DNA from: Bugula neritina
Taxonomy: Eukaryota; Animalia; Bryozoa
Reading direction: 5' to 3'
DNA length: 64,000 bases
Assembly: GCA_964035545.1 (NCBI GenBank)
Contig: OZ037772.1
Coordinates: 8,983,150-9,047,149, forward strand
Position 1 is the first letter of the stretch, and each line of letters begins with the position of its first letter. The position numbers and the translations under genes were made by a program. The notes beneath the pieces were generated by a model. The model was not told the origin of the DNA. It searched no databases and saw nothing but the letters and a program-made list of their open reading frames with translations. Positions 1 through 22,148 of the stretch are shown in pieces.

Positions 1-2073
1 TTTCCTAACAAATGACAGTAATGAAAAATTGAATATGATTGTTATCTAATCATTATGTAAGGTTAACCTTTATGTTAGGAATCTCAATAGCACGAGCATA
101 CAATTCAATCATCGCCATGTTGGCTGTGATTTTCTTAATCATACTTATTAAGCTTGCAGTTTTTGATATTTGATAGATATAGTATTCATAATAATAGTCA
201 CTTAAATTTGATGGTAATATTGATCAATAAATTTTAAGTACACTGACTAAATCTAATGATTAGTGGTAATGAAACTAACGACACTCAAACTGATTTGCCT
301 CAAGACTGAATTATGTTTTCTAAGTGATGACAGACTAAGATTAAGTTTAATAATAGGGCAGTAGTACATGTAACTAAAAGTATAAGCTAAAGTATACAAC
401 CATAAGTGAGTAACCATGATGTTATCTCGACCAACGCAATCTCAATACTAATACCTGATTTATTGAAAATGTTACTATATATTTGAGTATGAGTATGTAA
501 CTGTATTAATATGATAAAACTTATACAGTTATGCACATAGTGCTAGTGAAAGTATCTCAAACCGTTGCAAAATCCAACTTTATTCAAAACTTTGCTACAA
601 ATACTTGAGTTTTTATTTTAAGGTTGATCATAAAAAGTTAAAATTATTGTGAATAAATTAATTTTAACTGTTCATTTTACTTCAACATTATCTTTTAATT
701 TAATAAAGTTTTAATGAATATTAATTTATTTATTTTTCAACAAGTCACTGTTTTAATTAATATAGGTATAAGTTTAGGTATCTAATAACTTTAACCATCA
801 TTATATTCATCATTTTTAATTTGTATGCCAATTGCTAAATTATAATACCTATACTGATATCACCACTGTTGAATTATTTTTCTTATTCACCTATGTTTGT
901 AATACGGTTATTGCTTGTTAGTTAGTAGCATATATAACAACTATAGTAATAGCTATAACTACAAGCATATTTAATATGCTAAGGTATATTGAGAGATTGT
1001 CATAAATATCTCAGTGATCATATACATGACACCCTTAGCATTCATGTCTTGAACATCTAGCCATAGCTCCCTTTATATTGTTTCCAGTGTTGAATGCCCA
1101 TCCTGCAAGAATGCTTTGCCTCCATTTGAGAGGTGGTAAATTGATTGGATTTTATGTAAAATTTCTTAAGCTCTTGTTTCAGGACATCCTCAAACCTTAG
1201 ATATAAGTTCTTCTAGCTGGATGAGTTCCTTTTGATATTAATGCATGCAATCGAGTGCGGCGGATGAGATACTTTGGCATGTTGACCAGCTCAGTGAAGA
1301 CAGAAGAAATTCAGTTTTGAAGAAAGAGAATCCGGGTCTGTGATTTCAAATACATCTTCATTTATCATTTTATCTTCCCAGATTTTACTCAACATGTATC
1401 TTAAACTCCAGGTAAGAAAAGTGCTGAGCTTTGATTCTTGCAGTCCACATGTTGCCCATGTTTTTGATCCACAAGGAAGAATGCTGAGAACACAAACTTC
1501 GTAGACTTTTCTTTTGGCGTGAATATTAGGGTGGTTGTTTGTCCATATTTGCTACTTCACAAAGTGGAATTATTTTGGTATTTGTCATATCCTGCAGAGC
1601 CCATTTAAATGTTTGAGCAGAAAAAGTAAAAATAAATATTTAGCAGTGTGTTTACTGTTTTGATGATGGTTTTAGGGAAACATGTAGATTTACCATTCAT
1701 GTACTTGTGACAGGCCTGTGTTTCAGCGATTAGGAGAGTAGAATTTTTCTTTAATAGAAATTGAGTCATGCAAGGGAAGCTGGTTTCCTTACTTTATTAA
1801 GCAAAATTTGCTATCACAACAACAGAAGTGTTGCTAGCCTTGATTTGGAAACATTTTATATTTATAACTCTGATACTTATTTTGAGACATTTGGCTGCAT
1901 GTTGGATAGATTGCATAGCATCTTTACTTGCGCTAATACTTAGAAGCATTTACTTGGTTTTCCTATAGTTTTATTTTGAATGTTTTTATGACATATTGCA
2001 GAACTGTGGGTTCATTCTACTTGTAAGTATATTCCATAGGTCTAACTCAAACCCTGTGAATTTTCAAGTTACT

Positions 2074-4264
2074 ATGGCAAGCTATGATGAAAGAAATGCT
2101 AAACTGGACAGGTAATAGAAAAGAAAGTCCGATAATTTTTTTAATTGTAATTTAAATTACTTAGCTTGCATTACTCAGCAGTATGGTAGCAGTGGTAGAA
2201 CCAGCAGCAGTAGCAGCAGGAGTAGATCATAGTATAGTAGTATTGATAAAATGATTGATAGATTAGAACTGTAATTTTGAATATTAAAAATATGACAATG
2301 CCACTGTGCGCCATAAATTTCTTGATGGCCATTAAATCAGTTTTCTTTTGGCTAGAACAAGCACTGCTGCCTGGACATAGTAATATATTATATGTATGAA
2401 CTGTATGTTAATTATATGTAGAGGAATTATTTTTGCTAGCTTTAATAAAAAACCCTGCTCGTTTCTCATATTATTGTATTGTCAGTTTCAGCAATTTCAG
2501 GCCAGATACATTTAAATTATACCTTGCAAATTTTAGGCCTGTTCCAGTCTACCTGTCAACACATTTGTTTGATCTGATCTAATTATGATGGCCTTCCAAG
2601 CAATGTAGTTAGCAAAAGTGAGAGAACTAATATTGCTTTTTCAGCCTATATTATGTTTGAAACCAGTAAAATAATAGAAATCATGAAACTAGTAATAGGC
2701 AATCCTATAATGCTGTTTAATAAACTTATTTGCGCTGTTACTTTAGTGATTTCGACGCTGTTTTATAAATTATTAGCAATCTTTCAAAGATGAATAAATA
2801 TACATTTTCTTTTAGTATGTCACCAATTGGAATATTTTGACCTGTATACCTATCTAGTGGAGGTGTTAATTTGTAAGCATATTGGTTTTACCAAGATTAT
2901 TGATTAAAGCAGTTGCTGAAAGCCAAAATAAAATGCTAACCAAAGTTCATATCTAGTGGGCTACAATTTGCCAACTTCTACAAAGCATATAATAGCTAGT
3001 AATTGTTTCTATGCTGTACCACTTGACGGTCTGTTCTCTTTTACCTTACTCTATATTATGCTGTATAAATTCTAGCACACCTATCTGGTTTTTAATCATT
3101 TCTTGCACCATATGCCAATAATTTTTACGTAGATGCATACAATCGGACAGCTGGATGGCCTGGCCATTGTGGAGAAGCATCATAACCACCTGCTTGGTGT
3201 TGGAGCCGAGTGCATATCAAGGTGGGTAGCACAACTTCTCAGTTCATAAGTAGCAGCCTAGTTTTTTAAAAGGTTTGACTATATTAAAATATAAACATTT
3301 TGTTATTGCACTAATAGAATGATAAAATGAGCAAACAGTTTCCAATATAACTTGCTGCTGGTAAGATTTACAGTACTTGTAGTAGAAACAATATTAGTAG
3401 TGGTGGTGGCGGCAGTGGCAGCGGCGGTAGTGGTAAAAGTAATAGTAGCAGCAGTAGTAGCAGCAGTAGTAGTAGTAGAAGTAGAAGTAGTAGCAGCAGT
3501 AGTAGCAGTAGTAGAAGTAGTAGCAGCAGCAGTAGCAGCAGCAGCAGCAGTAGTAGCAGCAGTAGTAGTAGTAGAAGTAGTAGCAGCAGTAGTAGCAGTA
3601 GTAGAAGTAGTAGCAGCAGCAGTAGCAGCAGCAGCAGCAGTAGTAGTAGCAGTAGTAGAAGTAGAAGTAGTAGCAGCAGTAGTAGCAGTAGCAGTAGCAG
3701 TAGTAGTAGCAGTAGTAGAAGTAGTAGCAGCAGCAGTAGTAGTAGCAGTAGCAGTAGTAGAAGTAGTAGCAGCAGCAGTAGTAGCAGTAGTAGTAGTAGT
3801 AGTAGTAGCAGTAGCAGCAGTAGTAGTAGTAGTAGCAGTAGTAGCAGTAGTAGCAGTAGCAGTAGCAGTAGCAGTAGTAGTAGTAGAAGTAATAATAATG
3901 AAATAATAACATTATTAGTAGTAGTGATGAAGTTGCTTTTGGTTCTGACGTTAGTACTGTTAGTGGTAGAGATGGTGTTGGTAGAAATAGGATTAGTGGT
4001 TGTGCACTCATAGTTGAAGGCATAAAGCATAAACCAGAATTGAATACATATATAACATAGATATGATATGACTTCTTATTTATATTGATTTACTATCTTG
4101 CATGAACATGGCATTTTCGCTATCAACATTAGTGTTTGTATTATATACTTTCACTAAACAAGCTTGTTAAATTTATAAAAAATTATGTAGGTGATGACTT
4201 TTGCATATCTGTGTTTAATTTTAAAAATATCATGTTGCATAATTATTTTTTAGGTGTCTGGTGA
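2074..4264 (+). CDS. Candidate spliced small ORF / uORF (45 aa) upstream of the GPCR
   Basis: Exons 2074-2111 (actATGg context, donor gtaata), 3133-3221 (acceptor tttttacgtag, donor gtgggt) and 4254-4264 (acceptor ttttttag) are phase-compatible and give MASYDERNAKLDRCIQSDSWMAWPLWRSIITTCLVLEPSAYQGVW*. No homology recognised. Confidence 0.3.
3395..3899. repeat. Compound (GTA/GCA/GAA)n trinucleotide microsatellite
   Basis: About 500 bp of gtagtagcagca-type units; explains the poly-V/A, poly-L and poly-Y/C ORFs in the track. Confidence 0.95.
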
Positions 4265-5030
4265 GCGGACGACTTCATTTTCGGCTGCTTCATGGCACCT
4301 TTATTTTCGGAAAAGATGTAACCACTTGTAAAATCAGTTTTTTTATGGTGAACTAAACAATATAATGTTTAACAAAATTCTTTTTTGGTTAAAAATAAAG
4401 GTATACTGTCTTTGGCTTTCTGTTATTTCTATATTGTGTTCTTCTGTTGCTATGTGTAATTGATGAGATGACTCCAAACTCTTGCACATCCGCCACAATA
4501 AAGTTGATAATTTTGCTATGTGCATCAAGATTTTGTTATAAGTAGATATAGTTTTGCAATGATAGTGTTGATGCTGCAGCAGGTAACATTCTAATAGGAT
4601 AAACCAAACAGAATTTAAGCTAAAACATTCTAAAAAAAATACAGCATTGCTTGAGCCACCTTGCCTTCTCTTTTTTCTAGACAAAAGTTGTTAGCTAAAT
4701 AAGGAAAAGACAAATTAATGATTTCTGTGAGAGTTGTCTACTACAAAAATTACGTAGCAGATCATCATTAGTAACCATAACAACACGTACATGTTTACAG
4801 CACTCATGTGCTCTCTTTGTTCTGATTCGTCAACAGTCGCGCCCTAGACAGTCGATGCTATCTTACGAAAATATATTGTTTATTGCGGCTAATATCGCGA
4901 AATGGCAAAATGAGGATCGACCCTGACAGTCGTAAAAGCCATGCGATGCACTGGTGAAAAGACCTACAGATGAAAACATTAAACTGCTGTTTTGTTAGTT
5001 ACAATTTTGGCAAGCATCGCTTTTGATGCT

Positions 5031-8000
5031 ATGAATTGGTCTTTTGATCGCACAGATTGTGAGTGCAACTGAAAACTCAAGTCTGATACATCATTTATTT
5101 TATTTGATTGGCCAGAAATTAAATTCCATTTCATGTTAGTTTTTTGTTATGCTTGCATATGCTGTATCAAAGTCAATTATTTTTTGGCTTTTGTGTGAGA
5201 ATTGTGTTATAGAATTATTGACAGATTCTACACTTTATTGCATGTAAACTGTTCAATATTGCACAAAGCAAGTTAAAACTTTGCATATATCCATAACTAG
5301 TTACATATAGCTGAAAGCTTTTCAAAGTTTTTTCTCTAATAGCTTATATTAGCTACAATACTATAATACAGCATATGGTTATACTACAAGATGCACCAAC
5401 TTTTTGATGGGCGAGAAAACTGAAAAGTTAGGGTGTCTTGTAAATACAGCAGTCAATATTCATAATTGATACAGTGAGTGCAATAATCAACTTTATAACA
5501 ATAATTGGTGTTGGCATCGCATCATCTAACAATAACTAAAGCGTATACTGTAGCTATTCTATTTATTACAGCAACAGTTTCATTTTAGTGCCATAAATGT
5601 TATACAACATAGGCTACTAATATAAATTTGCTTTATGAGCGGCAAAAGTATGCTTAATAACCTATAAGGCATGTTTAATGCATGTTATATTTTAAAATAT
5701 TCAATGAGAAAATTTTCACAGTTGTATATAATTTTATTTTTAAAAAATGTACTATTGTAAATAATTTATAATGTTGATATAATATTTAAACTACAGAAAG
5801 TTTTAGAAGCTTAAATGAAAAGTGACCGTACTGTTTAGATAAACATATTGTTTTTATCGGCTAGTAACTAGATGATGTGGCTGCACTTTGTGACCCGTCA
5901 TTGGCCCGTGCTATGTTCCAAACTCTGATAATGTCCTGATACAACATTGTTAATTGCTATATGCACTTTTATTTACTATTAAAAGTAAGGAGGTAGCCTT
6001 GGTCTAAACTCTAAGGGTTAGAGGCTGTCTTAGTAAACACGAGGTCAGTGGTTCAATCTCCAATAAATGCCATTGGAGATGTTAGGAAGAGCATCCAGTC
6101 ATAATTGCTCCTTTGCCACATCTGAATAAGTCCTTAGCCTACTTTGAAAAGCCCTTTCCATCAGGGTTCTCTCGGGGATAGCGACTATAAACTTGTGTGA
6201 GTTTTATTTAGTCCTAATTGTTTCTGTAGCCAACATATGAATAATCCCTTAGCCTGCTTTAAAAAACCCTTTTTTTAGGGAGTTCTACGGGGATGGCGAC
6301 CATATATGCTTCTGTGAGCCTTTTCAGCAATGTGAGTGTAATGATGTTTTTGACAAACCAGCCTTCTGCAAATACTAATGAAATTTTCCTGCTGTATTTT
6401 AGGCTGTCCGAGCTCTCGATTGGACCCAAATGGTCCCTACAAGATTCTCAACTTTTCAGTAATCATGTTGATCTCTGTTGTTGGGTTACTAGGCAACTCT
6501 CTCGCCATAGTTACATTCAATCAACAAAAAAGACAGACGTCTGCTTCAACTTTCTTGAAGAGTTTAGCAGTATTCGACATATTTCTTATTATAACTACAA
6601 ACCTCTTTTGCCATAGGTTCGTTATCTGTTTCCTAACTAGTCGTAATCTGTCTAATTTAGAGTTTTATCTGAATTAATACAAAATTAGTAGTAAATGGCT
6701 TGAAGCAGCACTGAGTTGGTGGTCACCGCTTGCAGTAATTTGGGGTGGGTTTTAGATAATAAGGTATATAACATTTCGTACTCAGTCACTTTTAAGACAG
6801 TGCTGCTTCTAACAATATTCAGACTAGTATTTAAGAAACCTATGAAACGTTTATCTTTTTAAAAGATTTTGTTTCGGCTGATTTCATTTTTTATCTTTTA
6901 GATATGTTTACACTCTTGTTTTTCCCAATGACTGGGTGGACTTAGTTATAGGCGGAGAACTAACATTGATAGTATTACCTATTGGCTACATCTGCCAGAG
7001 TTTGTCCACTTGGACAGTGGTAGCAGTTGCACTTGACAGGTTAGTTCGATTCTCAGTAATCCAACTCTTGAAAGTATTTGAAAATTAAAAATTGTTAACT
7101 ATAAATAGATTTCAAACTTCTGTGTTTATTGCATTGCAAAAAGTGAGATTTAAAGTCTTTTGAATTTATAAACTGAGTGAGTCAAATGTTATTCGAAATT
7201 ACTCTTTGAAGATTTGAAGCCTACATTTATCCAGTTTCTACCTCATAGTTGCCAATAATTTTTTTATTGTTTCAAACTGTGTCCATAGCTAGCATGACAT
7301 GATCATTTTGACTCAATCATAAGATGCTTCTTGTGATCAACCGGTTCACTGTGTTTGAATTTTAGTAGTAAAATTAAATCTTGTAACTTTATATTGCAAG
7401 CTAGACAAAAATTTGACATTGTGACTGGATGCCTACATGATCATTGATCAAACTGACATCTCAACAGCATGAGTAACCAGTTCCTTGTTCCTTTTGTCAT
7501 TTCCTCATTTTTTCCATATTCCAGCTAAACAATCTGCTTGCATAGTTTTAGAAGACATGCTATATTGTCTATTTTAAATTATATAATGAAAATTACACTC
7601 TTTGGAATTTCAGGATAATCATACAAATAATTTGTAAAAATGATGCAAATATTTACGAATTTATTTCAGTTTTGCAATAACTGCAATTTATGTTAATTAG
7701 AATATTGCAACAAAATTTGCATTTAATTATAAAGACAGACTGATTGCATTTTGCATTTGGCTCTCTCTCAACTTGAGCAAATTATCATAAGTTATGGAAC
7801 TTAGGCTATATAGTGCTGAACCTATTGTATAATATGTCTTCTTTAGGTACATTCATATCTGCCACCCTTTAAAGGCCCCCAAGTGGTGCAGAACTTCCAT
7901 AGCGAAAACAGTTATTGCTGGAATTGTCTTTGCTTCTGTTGTATATAATATTCCACGCTTCTTTGAGTACTATAAGATTTTACAGGTAAGTCTTTCACAT

Positions 8001-10909
8001 GAATTGATTTATTTATAAAAAAAATTTGGGGCTAAAATAATAAATGTTTTAGATTAATTTACTCTATGCTACAAATATTTGTTTAGCAATTTGGTCAGGT
8101 GTTTATGTTATATTTTGTCTTGGCATTTAGATTCCCGTACTATTGGTTATTACTATAACTAGTTAAAGAGTAATTACAGCTGATATAATTGTGACTGTGC
8201 AGTGCAATCAGTATCATTAGAAAATTAAAACTAAAAATAAACCAATATATGATTTAACTAATATATCTTAATCTTTTACATGCAGTTTTACAAAATTATA
8301 ATTTCATGATTCAATTTATAAATATTACAGCATAACTGTGCAATTCCTTTATATTTTTTTCAAAAATTAACTATTTAACATTTTCGTTTATCATTTCCAG
8401 GTAGCGAGGGAAGCTATTGACCCTTGTTCGGGTTACTTCACTGTACCCAGCAACACTCTGGGTGGAAACATGGCGTATCAGTATTCGTATGCTTTTGGTC
8501 TCTACCTTGTAGTCATGTACGTTGTACCACTCGGCTCTCTTGTCTTCTTCAATGGCAAACTTATCAAAAAACTCAAATCTCTGGTGAGATGTTTAACGAT
8601 ATTGTAATTGAGAGTATTATATTATGTTGTTAGAAATGCTGTAGTCCCTGTGGTGTAATGGTTAGCGCACCTACCTGCAAGCCAGGGGTCATGGGTTTGA
8701 ATCTCGGTAGAGGCAAAGGTTTTACAAATAGGTTTAGAATACTAGCTTTGTTTTTTTAAAAAATCCTTGACACACTTCATTTCTGCAGTATTACAATATT
8801 CATATATATTTTAGCTTAAGTTTTTTTTGTAAATCCAGTAGTTTTCATTTATCATTATATTTTTCTATGTCAACTTGCTTCAAATTATGTTAATAATCAA
8901 TTGGGCGTTTTTTTAAATTATATCATGAAACGCAGGATTTTCATAACCGCATAAACTAGGGTAGTATAGAAAGTGAGGGCAACTCCAAAATGTTTAGCCA
9001 GCGCTGCAGCAGAGTGATATCAGCTGAGTTGGGCTGCCGCAGATATTCAATGCACTCACCTAGCTGTAGATATTCATATTCGCCTGTGATATTTCAATAT
9101 TTGAGATTTGTGTTTTCTTTTCCAATCTTAAACTTTTTATGTTACATATATAGATGTTCTATGTAATTATTTAAAGACTGTATACATTGGAACAGTAAAT
9201 TTTATAATATCAGAGAGAAAAGTGTAAGGTGAATGCATGAGTTGAGGTTAATTTACATTTTGTGTTTCTTAGAAAGTGCCAGGAACAGAGAAAAAGGTGA
9301 TCAAGCTGAAAGGATCGGATAAAATTCTGCCTTCCCTTGTCGCTATAGTAACAGTATTCTTAGTTTGCCAGGTAAATTGATATTTAGTAGCATTTCCTAC
9401 ACATATACAAGATAAATCTAAAGGCTCCATCCCCCCCCCCCCCTTTAAGCTAGACTATAAAATGTATAAAGATACTGCACATGTATGGTGCAATACATAA
9501 AGCATTTTTAAGAGTATATTTTCACAATCTGGATCAACAACCTTCAGTCTCCATTTTAAATTTATATTCTAAAAGTTCTTATATGGGGGCTAAAGACCTC
9601 TACAATGCCTCAAAACGCTTCACTATACAGTACAACTCAGCTAACGCTGTAATCGTGAGGTTGATTTATGAAATAGTATAATTATAATAATTATAGAAGA
9701 TGGGTTTAGTGTATATCTGCGTAGGTTACGTTTGACCTTTAGTGTAATGACCTTCTCAAATCTGATCACACTCTTTTTCGTGTCAGGCTGTGTTAATACT
9801 ATCAAACTTTGATTCCAAATCAATAATCACCTACTTTTAAATAGAAGAGATGGTTGAGCTTGTCTAGTACATATTTTTAACAGTTAGATTTATTCTAACT
9901 TTACAAAATGAATATTTTATTGTTGTTAGAGAGGGGAGTGCCTTTAGGGCATGGCCTATAGTTCACGTCTTCAAAATTATAGAGTTTTCAGAGTCATTGT
10001 AACTGAAAATTAAGGAAGCCTAAGCATTATACCTAAAGCTAGTAGTTTGAGTATGAGTTACAGTTAGAGTTTGAGTATGAATTAAAACTAGGTAACTTGA
10101 TATGACTTAAATCTAGTTGAGTTGGAGTTAATTTACTAGATTTGAGTATGACTTGAAGCTAGTTGAGTATCATATATATATAATAGTGACAAAGTTATTC
10201 TTTCCCCTGCAGATTCCAGACATGGTGCTGCAGATATTGTGGAGGATCAACAGTCCAGCAGGCCCTCCGTTCAGTATATTCGCATACGACATGGTCATAT
10301 TGAACTCTAGTGTCAACTTCATCATCTATGTTATCGCAGCCGATGGCTTCAGGTATGCCACATTCCATTACATTGTATATTAACATCTCTAAACTTTATA
10401 TCCTTTATATTATTCAATAATTAACATTGCATTATGTTAAAATTGTTACTGGAAGTTAATTCTTTATACTCTTCAATCAACTAATGCATGGGTAATTTAT
10501 TGCTTACTATTCTTCTGTAATCTATTGAATACAAAGTATATAATATTTTTATGCTACAGTAGGGCAAAGGTGTGCTGATACTTTAATAAGTCATATATTT
10601 TATCTAAAATAATTTTTAGTTTATTGACTATAAGTTGAGAAGACAGTAGCTAACAACTAATTTTACAAAAGGCAAACCTGCCAATAACAAATTACAGAAT
10701 AATGTTTTTATCCCTTTTGCTACAAAGAGCTAACATTTTACAGGCGCTCTTTTGTCAAGAACGTTTTGGGATGCGTGAAAAAGAAATTGACCTCGTCAAC
10801 TACGGATGACGATACATCTAACATGGCAATGAAGAACAGACGAGTAGCAGACGTAGCTGTGTCTGCAGACTACAGCAGCAGCCAGGTAGAGCCCATCAAG
10901 GTAACATAA
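5031..10909 (+). CDS. Rhodopsin-family (class A) peptide GPCR, FMRFamide-receptor-like, about 368 aa, 8 coding exons
   Basis: Exons 5031-5058, 6403-6616, 6902-7039, 7847-7985, 8401-8583, 9273-9371, 10213-10352, 10744-10909; all GT-AG, phases compatible, 1107 nt. Motifs: N-terminal NWS sequon, TM1 GLLGN, TM2 LAVFD, TM3 ALDRY-IHICHPL, TM4 YNIPRFFE, TM5 YVVP, TM6 FLVCQIP, TM7 NSSVNFIIY. YNIPRFFE and NSSVNF-IY are typical of invertebrate FMRFaR/sex-peptide-receptor-like GPCRs. Exon 1 is the least certain. Confidence 0.9.
5993..6319 (+). mobile_element. tRNA-derived SINE family B, with partial tandem duplication of its 3' part (6246-6319)
   Basis: B-box-like ggttcaatc, then ccattggagatgttaggaagagcatccagtcataattgctcct; homologous copies at 25546-25695 (+) and 50999-51158 (-). 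Confidence 0.65.
6695..6820. mobile_element. MITE family D copy (about 130-150 bp)
   Basis: Imperfect terminal inverted repeats gaagcagcactgagttgg...ctcagtcac...gtgctgcttc; related copies at 18410-18538, 34286-34438, 58705-58858. Confidence 0.6.
8646..8720 (+). mobile_element. tRNA-derived SINE family A copy
   Basis: A box tggtgtaatggttagc and B-box-like gggtttgaatc, no intact acceptor stem; related copies at 15833-15890 (+), 18283-18353 (-), 21396-21463 (-), 28098-28158 (-), 28441-28507 (-). Confidence 0.7.
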
Positions 10910-12193
10910 CTCTTCATGTCAAGCACATGTCAAGCACATGTCAAGCAATGTCACATGCCTATCTAAATACTTGTGATGGCATTTTAATCACTATATTGTT
11001 ACATTTTAGTAATCAATAGTTTTGCTGCACTTATTAGAAGATTAGAACTTATAATGTCGTGAGTCAAAACTTGGAATGTGCTTAAAATGGTTTACAAATA
11101 AAATATTAAATATAAAAATGTTGATGAATTATCATACTTAGTGTCTTTCCGAAAGTTATTATGGTTAAAGTAAACAGCAAGCCAATGGTTTTGCTCTTTA
11201 GTAATACTTAATAGCTCTTCGTAAACCGTTATACTTAGTTTTTGTATAAATATTTAATCTTTGGACATTAATCCTGGAGGTTAATAATAAATTTTGGAGT
11301 TATCTGCTTTAAAGATCTTGATTTGTGTAACAAAACAAATTTGAGCTCTCCTGAAATAAATTATTAACTTAACGGAGTTGATAAGTGAGAAAATGCTTAC
11401 AGTATGTACATGCAGAAAAATATTTACTTAATGATTATAAATAATAATTTGAATCATGTGACTTATACGGTGCAGCTTTTATTGCCAACTGTCAAAGTTT
11501 ATTAGTCCTCTGACACCATTTTACTTATTCTGTTGAACATTTTGACTTTGATCACTAAACCTAATTAAAATAAAAATATGCCATTAAACCTTTTTGCATG
11601 GGAAGACAAGCATATCCTATGAATACATCACATAGCAGTAAATGACCTGCTTAATACTCTCTGTTAAGATTGTAAATTATAATGTGTTTGAATCATGAGT
11701 AATAGGTTTCATGTCTTTAATTAAACACGGTTGTGGCAAATAATCTTTAAAGAATTATTATTTATTTATCTGTTATATTATTTTACAGGTATAGACAAAA
11801 CTGAGTTTGGACTTTTAGTGAAGAATAACAAGAGCAAGTGGCATGGGAAAGCTGTACTACCATATGTGTAATAGCTTTGAATATAGGAGTTGTGTGCTTC
11901 TTTTGCATTAGAGTGAATGCTGCATGGAATTCCTTGGAATAAAACCCACGGGAAACTTTTTAGGGTTAAAAATGCTTCATAATGGTTAACCATTATATAA
12001 ATACGCTGAAAGACAAGTTTGAATATATGATTCTATAAATATTTATAATATAAAAGTACAGTTATCAAAAATTTGATAAAGTGACATAAACTGACGTATT
12101 TTGTTTATTATAAAGACAATTTTTAAGCAACTTTTATGGGCTCTTTTGGTATTATTTTTGTGTAAATAATATTTTAAAGTTACTAACCTGATT

Positions 12194-12725
12194 TCTGTCG
12201 CATACAATCTTCCTGTCACAGTCACAGTATCCCAGTCACACTGCCTTTTACAATCACTTTATATATACTAGTTGTACAGTCACATACTGTCACTTGCTGT
12301 CACACACTGTCACATACAATCTTCCTGTCACAGTCACAATGACAGTCACAATAGATCTCAGTCACACTGTCGCACTCACAATACATCACAGTCACACCAC
12401 CATTGCCACAGTCACATTGTCACAGTATTCTAGTCACACTGCTTTTTGCAATCACCTTATATATATTAGTCACACTGTCGCATACAATCATGCACTGTCA
12501 CATACTGTGACATATTGTCACACACTGTCACATACTGTCTCACTCTGCCAAACACTGTCACATACTGTCTCACTCTGTCACATGCTGTCACATACTGTCA
12601 CATACTATCACACATTGTCACATATTGTCACATACTGTCACATACAATCACGCACTGTCACATACTGTGGCATACAATCACGCACTGTCACATACTGTCA
12701 CACACTGTCACATGCTGTCTCACTC
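12194..12725. repeat. Minisatellite of 10-11 bp units (ctgtcacata / ctgtcacaca)
   Basis: Direct tandem units visible; produces the spurious SHTV/YCHT-repeat ORFs. Confidence 0.9.
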
Positions 12726-13367
12726 AATAGTCAATATCATTGAACCCACTCAACAAATCCAGTGCCAAAGAAGTGCTCATACAAAGAATTTCTAGTATTT
12801 GTATTTTTCTAAGCATTAATTGTAGATATTATGTAATATATTTTTATAATTTTTAATACCCCAACTCCAGCATATCAGCTTTGGAAACTTTTTTGTAAAT
12901 GAGCATACACTTACAATGATAACTCGTTTGTTAATTGTCAAATGCGTTAAAATGCTAATGGCATTAATGCTCCCCTATATAATCACGTAACCTTAGTTTT
13001 TCATACTATTGTAAAAAACTGCAATGTTTTTGAAAACATTTAAGCATGTACACATAATATATGATACGCCATAAACTTTCATTTTATTTTATAGAATTTT
13101 TGTATAGGAAACAATGTAGAAATCTAATAAATATTTATATATACTGTATAACTCAATTCAGATTATGCCCTCATTAAAATTATAAACAAAATATAACGTT
13201 ATAGTAGTCTATGCATACTGTTTATGTGTCTTTGATGCGTTTGCCTGCATAATTTCTTGACTAAAATAGTGTTGTGTAACAATTTCTAGCATCATTTTCG
13301 TTGCTCAATAGAATTTACACATCACTATATGCAAGCCTCCATTACTGCATGTCTTAAATACATAGTT

Positions 13368-14699
<1,332 letters not shown>

Positions 14700-15490
14700 C
14701 AATTTATAAGTTTTAGTTAAAATGGATACAAATATGTTAGTATTATATACCATAAACATAAATATATAATGATATAATATGTTTAAATAAATCACTGTAT
14801 ATAATAGTTTTAGCTAATTAAATGTTTTTCCTTAATTCAAAATAATTTAATACAAATAATAAGGTAAAAGATAATATTTATATAACATTAAGGTCATTAG
14901 GTAAATGAAAAGGTTGGGTTGAAAAGAAATGTATAGAAAATTGAACCCATGCTGGTCTATGGATAAAATCCATATATATATGGCAGTAGTTAAAATATTA
15001 TTAGAAGAATCTACATCCTGACCTAAGTTATGTTGGTGTGAATAAAATCAGCACTTTAGTGACAAAGCATAATTTCAGCTCTGTTAAAAAAACATAATAC
15101 GATTCAAGCATTAGAAAAGTATATAGCTATTAACGTGATAACATCAAAAATATACAAATCGTTCATATTTTCTATTATTCTATTGTAATCAGGTAAAATA
15201 ATTGGTTATATAGGATGATCATAATAACACAAAGGATAGAAAAGCATGACTTACAGTATATGCAAAGTGTTGTGTGAAATTGTTACATATAATTTGCAAG
15301 ATTCAGATTTGACTCACTGAATAGTCAATGCGCCTCGCTAAATTTTTTATCTGAAGCAGATTTTTTCATACCACTTAATGCCATTTATCATAAAATCTCT
15401 AAAATAACCAGTCTTGAATGATTTATGACTATCTACTTTTGAATCACACAAGAATGCACATTTGAAGATTAAAAGGCCAATCAACAAGTA

Positions 15491-22148
<6,658 letters not shown>

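Noticed and set aside
3352-4030. Long ORFs of 184-220 aa (poly-V/A, poly-L, poly-Y/C)
   Set aside because: Translations of a trinucleotide microsatellite; no coding features.
8646-8720. Possible tRNA gene
   Set aside because: A/B boxes are present but there is no acceptor stem and there are several divergent dispersed copies, so it is treated as a SINE.
12294-12743. 149-aa SHTV-repeat ORF
   Set aside because: Product of a 10-bp minisatellite.
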